Both the position numbers and the translations under genes were made by a program. DNA of 63,976 bases, counting the filler, from Welwitschia mirabilis (taxonomy: Eukaryota): NCBI GenBank assembly GCA_051453625.1. It is 6 parts of one record of this genome, joined end to end, with 100 filler letters (N's around TTAATTAATTAA, not from the genome) between each part and the next. Parts side by side here need not be neighbours in the genome. Positions count along the whole stretch, not along the records: positions 55,102 to 60,414 come from JBOZIK010000001.1; positions 60,515 to 62,733 come from JBOZIK010000001.1; positions 62,834 to 63,976 come from JBOZIK010000001.1; 3 more parts are not named here. The stretch is one strand, 5' to 3'. Positions 55,624-63,976 of this stretch are shown here, piece by piece. The first letter of the stretch is position 1. Every line of letters begins with the position of its first letter. The notes below the pieces were generated by a model, which was not told where the DNA came from, made no database searches, and was given only the letters and a program-made list of their open reading frames with translations.

Positions 55624-58600
55624 CTTAATTTTGTAGGAACAGGCAAAAGCTAATAGCATACGAATTGCTTCTAAACTAGCAACTGGAGCAAATGTCTCAC
55701 CATAGTCTATACCTTCTTGTTGGTTGTATGCTTAGGCAACCAATCTAGCCTTGTTCTGAATGATATTGTGGTTTTCGTCTCTCTTGTTTTTGAAGACCCA
55801 TTTTGTTCTAATGATGTGCTTTCCTTGAGGAGGAGAGACAAAGTTCCAAACATTGCTCCTCTCAAATTGATGAAGCTCATTTTGCGTAACTAGCATCTAT
55901 GCTTCATCTTTCTCTACTTCCAGAAAATTTTTAGGCTCTAAAGAGGAAAGAAAACTTGGACTAATGTGCTTACCACTTCTTGTTGTGGTGCTAAGATTGG
56001 AATCACTAATTACTACCTCCATACGATGATCTCTTTTGGGTCTTTGAGGTAAGGAATGGAATGTTTGAGTCTCCTCCGAAGGTTGAACGTGGTTGAAAGT
56101 TGACGGCCTCTCTTTACATGTTGGTAAGTTGGTACTAGTGATGGGGATTTCAGGTACTGAATCCATGTCATCATTCTTGTCTAATCCAACAGATCTTGCA
56201 TTTGGATCATACACTTTAACATAAGCAGACTCCTCTATTTTACCTGGTGCCTTGTTAAAGGCCCTATATGCTTTACTTGTAGAAGAGTATCCAAGAAAAT
56301 GCCTTCATCTGATTTTGAATTAAATTTATTGAAAGGCCCCTTATCTTTAAGAATAGCATACTTGCTTCCAAAAACTTTAAAGTAACTTAGATTTGGTCTT
56401 TATCCATACCAAAGTTTATAGGTTTTCTTGGTTCTTTGGTGAAGAAATACTCTATTGGAAATGTACCTTGCGGTGTTCACTACTTCTGCCCAAAAGTGAT
56501 GTGGCAAGGATTTTTCATTCAGCATTGTTCAAGCCATTTTAATTAGAACTCAGTTCTTTCTTTCCACCACGCCATCTTGCTAAGGAGTTCAAGGAGCTAA
56601 AAATTGACGACCAATTCCATTAGTATTACAAAAATTTTCAAATTTCTCATTATCAAACTTACCTCTTCTATCAGTTCTAATGGTTTTGAAATAGTACCCT
56701 TGTTCCTTTCGAACTCTCCTGCACACTTTGACAAACATATCAAATGCTTCATCTTTACTAGATAAAAAACAAACTCAACAAAATCTAGAGAAATCATCGA
56801 GTATAATAAGGAAATATTTTCTTCCACCATTACTTTTCGTTGAATTGGTCCTACTAAGTCCATGTGACCGAGATCTAGAGGTTTTCTTGAAGTAGTATCT
56901 TTTTTGCTTAAAAAGCAAGATCTAACCAATTTCCCTTTAACACATGCTTTGTAAACCTTTCCTTGAGATACATTCAGTTTAGGAATACCTTTAATTATTT
57001 CTTTTAAGGAGACTATTTTTAAATCTCTTAGATTAATGTGTCCTAACTGTCTATGCCATAAATCAACCTCATTGGTTTGAGCTATATAACATCCTTTATT
57101 CGTTCTATCATCACCACCAAGAACATACACATTTGGATCTAGCACTGGTAAGTATTTCTTGGTTGGGTATAGTGTTTCTTATGATACATTTGTCATGGTA
57201 AAGAGATACTATATTGCCTCTATTGCAAATCTGAGAGATACTAAGATGATTATGCTTCAACCCATCTACAAGATATACACCATTTGTAACAGGACGATGA
57301 CTAGAAGCAGTGATGGAGCCCTTACCTATAATATGGCCTTTGTTGTTGTCACCAGACGTAACTTCGCCTCCATCATATTCTTGAAAAGAGGATAGCAGGC
57401 TCTTGTTGTCAGTCATGTGTTTACAACACCCGCTGTCAAGGTACCATTTAGCTCTTTCTTGTGCTTTAAAAGCTGCATAAGCAAACAGAGATGTAACAGA
57501 ATTCTTTTTCACCCATTGCTTAGTGATTTGACCCATTTGAGTCGATGATTTAGGAGTACCTTGCTTAACAAATCTGAACTTGTTATATAACTAAAGTACA
57601 TGTATTTTTTGTATGGGCAAGACAATTGTATGTGCCCATATTTATTGCAGTAGTAATACTTCAAACTTACTTTGCTAAAAGATTGTAACTTCAGACTTGG
57701 TTGAAAGAAATTGAAAATAGAAAACTTGCCTAGATGGCTCCCTAAGCCTAATTTGTCAAAAGGTGATCTCCCAATACCTAATAGGCAGTTTAGGTTGTCC
57801 TTCCCTTGAGCCAATCTTCTAGCTGTCCTTCTTGAATTCCACCAATCTTTAGATAGCTCTTCTTCTTTATTGTTAGCTTCGCTCTAAGTCTGATTTTGTT
57901 TTTTGAAAAAAGATTTTTCTTACCAAGTCCTACACTAACTTATACAACTTCTCATGTGCATCAAAAATGTCATTATCATCAAAATCACTATTAATTTGAT
58001 TTTTTGGTTTTTGAGCATAGTTGAGTTTGTTTATTAAATGGATTGAGGCCGAAGTGTTCTGAACTTTGCCCTTCATCAAGAAAGGCCACTACCCCAAAGT
58101 TCAATGGTTCATCACTCAATTGGGCTTCATCTTCTGAATCATCATCCCATGTTGGTTTGAGGGCTTTCTTTCCCTTGAATTTGGACTTTCTTTCCTTTTT
58201 CTTGCTAGCACATTCTGANNNNNNNNNNNNNNNNNNNNNNNNNNNNNAACATTGAATGGATGAAGAGGACTTCTTACCTTTGTCATTCGTTCTTCGAAGT
58301 CCTCCTTTTGAGTTTTTGTTTTCTTTCTTCTATTTGAGAAATACCTTGAAGTTTCGAGTCAGCAAGGGTAAACCATCATCTTCTTCATCATTGCTTGATG
58401 TTTCTGCTTCACGATCATCACTTGCTTTAAGTGTAATACTTTTCTTCTTGGGTATACCCTCTTTAGAAAGGAGTAGCTTTATAGGCCATTAAAGATCCCT
58501 TTACTTCTTCAACTCTCATCTTGTCAATGTCCTTGCTTTCTTCAATGGCAGTGATCTTTGGTCTGAACTTTATAGTCAGGCTCCTGAGGATTTTTCTTAC

Positions 58601-59155
58601 TACTCTGTTTTTTGGGACTCTTTCTCCTAACCCCCACATGCTATTCGCAATGTTGCTAATCTCTGTGGTGTATTCTGCCACAAAATCTGACTCGTCCATT
58701 CTGATGTTCTCAAATTTGGTGGCTAAGAGTTGTAGCATCAAGTTCTTAACTATATTTGTTCCTTCATGGGCTACCTCCAATGTGTCTCACATGTCTTTTG
58801 TAGTTAAGCACTCAACTACTCTGTCATATTCTTCAGTAGACAAAGCGCACATGATTGCATTCATTGCCTGAGCATTAATCTGGACTATTTTCTTATCATC
58901 TGCATCCCAGTTGTCTCTAGGCTTTGGCACCACTTTCCCATTTGCACCAGTTTCCATTGGAGGTTCATACCCATGCTCCACTATGTCAAAGCAAACAAAT
59001 GAAGAGTTTCAATGATGAATAAGATAAAGCATCTAACCAGCTCACAAGATCAAAGTTGAAGAGAAGATCCTTACTATCTCTTATGATCCACTCATCAAAG
59101 GAATCCAAGTTTTATCAAGTCAAAAGCTATAGCTAGAAACAAGCTGAATAGGACA

Positions 59156-59467
59156 TGGGACGTCCGAGATCTCTAATGGGACATCCCAGCTTCCATCCCG
59201 AATCTTTGGTGGGACATCCCAGCTTCCATCCGGGATGTTTGGTGGGACATCCCAGACTTGGGACATCCCAGATTTTTGGTAGGACGTCTGAGATATACAA
59301 GCTGAAAACTAACACAGGGCTAGGATGTCCGAATTCCTAAGTGGGACGTCCAAGATTTTATGGAAGATTGCCGAAAAGCAGATGGGACATCCGACCCTCA
59401 ATATGGGACGTCCGAGTAGTCCCTATGTTAAAAATGTGAAACATCCAGCCTAATGTGGGACGTCCGA
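59156..59467. repeat. Array of palindromic GGACGTCC / GGGACATCC motifs, locally 33-bp period
   Basis: tgggacatcccagcttccatcc recurs at 59177 and 59210, then tgggacatccc at 59243 and 59259, with further tgggacgtcc copies to 59465. Confidence 0.85.
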
Positions 59468-59830
59468 CCAGATGAACGTTGAAGCGGAGCTACATACCCG
59501 TTGGCTTGACCAACACATTTTTCCAATACAAAAATGGACACCTGTTGGTCTGCAACACCCTTTCCTATGCATCTCGCTTTTCAAAATAGACTTCAACAAC
59601 TATATTCTTGTCCTCACGTAAAATGTGGTGATTGAAACCATATTGATATAAAACTAACCTGTATATAGTTTATCTAAAAAAGAAAGCTTCTTCTTCTTTC
59701 TCTACTCGTACATTGTATCATCTCATTGAGAGATTGTTGTACTACATGTTGGTGTATTGTGCATTAAACGCATACAAATCATCAAGCCTTCTATTTGATT
59801 GATCCCTTGTATTGGCTCAATAGATTAAGC

Positions 59831-59913
59831 AAGCTCACCCTTGAGAGAAGGGTGTTGTAAGTGACCCTTAGTGAAGGGTGTTGTAAGCTGCCCTTGGAGA
59901 AGGGTGTTCTAAG
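59831..59913. repeat. 3 x ~26-bp tandem repeat with internal CCCTT..AAGGG inverted repeat
   Basis: cccttgagagaagggtgttgtaag / cccttagtgaagggtgttgtaag / cccttggagaagggtgttctaag. Confidence 0.85.
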
Positions 59914-61389
59914 AGAACCAAGAGGCTAAGAGCACGTTGCTGCCCCCTGAAAAGTGGAGTAGGCAGAGATTGCCAAACCACTATAAATCTCTAGTGCATA
60001 CTTTCTACTTGTTTGTCTCTTCCACTTGCTTTTGTTTTGTTTTATTTACTTTGATTCATTCACTTAAGCAAGATTCACATTTAGTTATTCATGTNNNNNN
60101 NNNNNNNNNNNNNNNNNNNNNNNNNNNNNNNNNNNNNNNNNNNNNNNNNNNNNNNNNNNNNNNNNNNNNNNNNNNNNNNNNNNNNTCGGGGAAGTGAGGA
60201 ATATGCTCATTTTGGATCTCCAGTAAGCATAGTTGCTACCATTGAAGAAAGGGGGTCTGGAAACAGCTTGATCTTTTAGATACCCTGAGAAGCTTAAGTA
60301 TGCCATGAAATCTGTACCTACGCTTAGATAATAAAGTGTACAAATCTAGAGCAACTAGGCTCTAATACCAATTGTGAGGATCTTGAGGCACCCTCGAGGG
60401 GGGGGGGGGGGGGGNNNNNNNNNNNNNNNNNNNNNNNNNNNNNNNNNNNNNNNNNNNNTTAATTAATTAANNNNNNNNNNNNNNNNNNNNNNNNNNNNNN
60501 NNNNNNNNNNNNNNAATAAGTAAATCTTCTTCATATTCCTAGTTGTCCATTTTCATTATATTTTTCCTTAGTTGTTTTGTTTGAAATTTTCAAAGTCATT
60601 TTAGTATCTTTTTTCACATTATAATTAGGATCTAATCATTTGGTAGCTCTTTAGTTATATTCTTATTTTCACTTACAAGTTTTCTTTATAAGGGTTATCT
60701 TTTTTTTTAGTACTTTGATATTTTTGTTTTATGCTAATGTTTTTTCTATGTGGTTTTGCAGTTTTACATACATTCACTTACAGATTTTGAACACTCATGG
60801 ATTCTAAAACACATTGAAGGAATACTTATGAAGCATTACTTTCTTCTATTTCATACATTATTATGTCTCATGATATTCTTTCATCATGGTCATGCTTTTC
60901 TGGACATTCCTTCACTTTTTACCATCTTTCTGTTTTTTTGCTACTTCTCCACTGCTTGCTTGTTGTCACATTTTTTTGAATTTTTCTAATATGTCCAAAC
61001 ATCTTATTTTGAACATTGTTGTCTCATGTCTGTCATTCCCATAACATAGAGGATGACAGTCATCCTTTTCACTTTGTGAAATCTAGGACATCTTGATTTT
61101 CCTTTTGTCTAGGGGGAGGGAAAGTGCCAGGACAGCTCTCCAAGCTTTCTCCTAATATATTAAGTAAAAATTTATCATTTTTAAAATTTTAAAGGATCAC
61201 TTTAAGCTTTCATAATACATTAGTTATGATGAGTTGTTTGGATATGATTTCATGTTACTTGAATACATTTTATAGAATTCATTTAAACAAGAGCATAATA
61301 GCACACTCACTGATTTTTTAGTAGCTATGTTTCAAATCTTTTAAAGGAAAAAGAATGCCATGATTACTCCTGAACTTTTCCCTTATAGA

Positions 61390-61637
61390 AAACATTAATA
61401 AACTATTCATGCATTATTCTTTGAGATTATTAATACTTAAGATTACACATCAGTTTCAGCATTACTTTCTTAATTTATGCATACAAATTATCATTTTTAT
61501 GAACTATTTGTCTTTGTATAAAACATTAATGAACTTTACATGCATTATTATTTGAGATTATTACTACTTAAGATTACACATTAGTTTTAGCATTACTTTC
61601 TCAATTTACGCATACACATTATCATTTTTCTGAATTA
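61390..61637. repeat. Tandem duplication, ~131-bp period
   Basis: aaacattaat.aact...catgcattatt.tttgagattatta.tacttaagattacacat.agttt.agcattactttct starts at 61390 and 61521. Confidence 0.9.
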
Positions 61638-61865
61638 TCACTGTTACATTCTATAACTTATTTATGTGTATGACATTTATTTGGTTTATTGTAATGTGTT
61701 TAAGTAAGGGGCTTATGATTACAACAATAATTGTATCAATAAAATTTTATCATCTATTCCTGCATGATAAATAGAACTCAAATTCCATTTTTTTAGTTGA
61801 TGATTATCTTAGTCAAATTGGCTCGCAATATAGTTGATCACCTACTTTGTCAGGGACTGACAAGG

Positions 61866-62733
61866 CTAAGTAGGGGGCTATGTTGCGATGCCAATTTGTA
61901 AGAATTTGATGGTGTATTTGGAGTCCTTTTGCAGGACATTTATACAGGTTTAGATGCAATTTTGCTGATTATGGAAAAATAATAGGATGATCTTAGAAAC
62001 ACGTAATCCTTGACATAATTAAAGGCATTTTAGGCATGTTCTGATACTTAGCACATTGAAGGAAGATTAAAGGTAAAGAAGACTGAATTATTCTACTTAA
62101 AGAGCTTGAGATAAGTATTGTCCCCACTGTCGTCCCCATGACAGACAGGACAAGAACACTGCTACCCTTCATGATAGCTGCTGATAGAAGCACATGGAGT
62201 ACATGTTGATAGGGCATCGTCCCTTTAGTCATCTAGATGATGCATAGGACGATGACATCCTTAACATGCGCAGACAACCCAAGGGACTACCGGCATCACA
62301 TAAGCACACAACCAAAGGGGTTAAGGTGGTGTCGTCCCCTATGACATCTGGACGACAGGCTAAACAACATTCACTTTTGCATGTTTTGAAATAAATATTA
62401 TTGTAAATGGGATCAAGCGACCCATGTGGCCTGCTAGGGTTTCCCTCACCAACGTGTAGAGTTACAGTTTATTGTAAAACTATAAATAACCTCCCCTCCT
62501 TTACTTCTAAACTATCTTTTAGACTTGATATACTTATGATGGAAGCTTGAAGGTAAGAGGTCCATCCAGTGGCTGCAGAAAGGGGTTTCCATGGTGTTAG
62601 GCTATGTCTCTTCCATTGAGGTACTATTATTCTATTGTAAGTGGATGTAAATTTCTTTTGATTAATACAATTACTCTTTTATCTCAATTCTGTGAATGTC
62701 CCTTATGCTTTAAGTTGATCATAGTTAAGTGAC
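61866..62733 (+). mobile_element. PPT plus Athila family A 3' LTR (LTR from 61881, cut by scaffold join)
   Basis: ctaagtagggggcta then TGTTGCGATGCCAATTTG; reverse-complement homologue of the right part of 10498-11965. Confidence 0.85.
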
Positions 62734-63823
62734 NNNNNNNNNNNNNNNNNNNNNNNNNNNNNNNNNNNNNNNNNNNNTTAATTAATTAANNNNNNNNNNN
62801 NNNNNNNNNNNNNNNNNNNNNNNNNNNNNNNNNACTACTGGTTTTGGAAATCATTATAAACATGCTAAGGTTTAAATTTGTGTATCTCAAACTTGCAATG
62901 TCCAATTTTCGTCTTCATTACCTCACAACTCATTTTTACCTCAATTTTCTATTGTGCCTAATATTATTTAAGATTTCTTAATCTCTATCTGACTGCCCAA
63001 CTTGAAATTCTAGATTTATCTTTTGCATTTGCACTATAGGATACTATTGTTTTAAATGATGTCCCCACGACACAGAGGATGGCATTTGCTAACAACTATC
63101 GTTACTTATGTCGTCTGCACGACAATGAGGACGACACAACTGTCATTCTTAATGTCATCCCAACGATAAAAGAGATGACAATAAAACCTTAGTTTCAGCA
63201 AATTCATCACATAATTCATGATCCATACCTTTCTCTTAGTCAGAAAACTTGATGACACTTTAATTTTGATGAATATAACCTTGATAAAATCACTAAAACA
63301 TCAAAATTTTCTTGGACATCTCCATTAGACCCCTTTAAATGATATTTTTGACTAATTGAGGAAATTGAGCCTTGTCATAAGATTTTTCACAGATCACTAG
63401 TTCAGGATCCATGATTTATTTTCAATTTTGAGCCTAATTTAATTAGAATTTTTAAGCATATCTTCATCATATTGGCATTTGCAAATTTTCTAATCATTAC
63501 ATTACATTTCATAAGAATTAAATTGAGAATCGAAATGCCCTCCATGCTTGAGGTACAGCTTCAAAATTTAGGCTCAATTTAAATTTAGGAAATCTATTAT
63601 TTTGTATGTTATCTCCACGACATACAGGATGATGTCTTATACATTGTTTTTTTTTTAACTGGTAATTGATAATTATGTAATAATGATGACTTTATTTTAT
63701 CTTAAATTACTAGTTTATCTAGATATGCAATATAACTTTTGATTTGATTTGAGGTTTCATTCCCTGATAATTTAGCATCGCAAAGTCCTCTTTTGCTTTG
63801 TTTGTCAAGGGACTGACAAAATG

Positions 63824-63976
63824 CTAGGTGGGGGGTTATGTTGCGATCCCAAATTGTTATGTTTTAATGGTGTAATTGGTATGTTTTACAGGGAATAGAA
63901 ACTCAATTCAGTCATTTTCAGGCATTTTATCATAATCTGATCTAACAATCTAATTATGACATTAATGCCATGTTTT
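63824..63976 (+). mobile_element. PPT plus start of a further Athila-type 3' LTR (from 63839, runs off window)
   Basis: gtcaagggactgacaaaatgctaggtggggggtta then TGTTGCGATCCCAAATTG; same junction as at 61881. Confidence 0.8.

Larger units (their letters stand above)
58988..60094 (+). mobile_element. Second SIRE-like LTR in opposite orientation inside the gag of the minus-strand element
   Basis: GGGAC(G/A)TCC motif array 59156-59467, aaaccactataaat at 59976, agtggagtaggc; gag homology stops at ~58987 and resumes at 60186. 3' end lies in the gap. Confidence 0.7.
55181..60414 (-). mobile_element. SIRE-like Ty1/copia element, internally deleted and interrupted
   Basis: LTR end 60373-60414, PBS TGGTATTAGAGC 60359-60370, gag RPPFFNGSNYAYWRSKM (from 60306) continuing 58983-58463, zinc knuckle ~57620-57660, protease WYLDSGCCKHMT, LWHRQLGH, integrase 56870-56300, RT to FAPVASLEAIRMLLAFAC, then extra ORF. 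Copia order PR-INT-RT. Confidence 0.9.

Noticed and set aside
59156..59467. CRISPR-like look of the repeated palindromic motif
   Set aside because: Eukaryotic LTR context, short degenerate motifs, repeated rather than unique spacers, and no cas genes.

Overview
Plant nuclear DNA from a gapped scaffold. It holds one intact host gene: a 4-exon cytosolic HSP90 (707 aa, ends MEEVD) on the minus strand at 3993-6543, with a TATA box and three heat-shock-element clusters, so probably the heat-inducible paralogue. From about 7.3 kb to the end the window is a very AT-rich field of nested, dead retroelements. These include a decayed APE/RT LINE of RTE/RTE-X type, several Athila-type LTRs with tRNA-Asp PBS and PPT junctions, a ~11 kb Tat-lineage gypsy with the unusual domain order protease-aRH-RT-RH-INT, a split Athila-like gag/pol, and SIRE-like copia elements with an extra 3' ORF. 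Five 100-nt N44-TTAATTAATTAA-N44 spacers are assembly artefacts. I find no convincing new multi-gene system. The best leads are the TatII-like domain order and RTE-X-like LINE in a genome that also carries SIRE, strand-coordinated C>T/G>A mutation clusters in repeat copies, an LTR flanked by both a PPT and a PBS, and an in-frame RT/extra-ORF deletion junction. All TE calls come from manual translation and motif recognition, with no database search.
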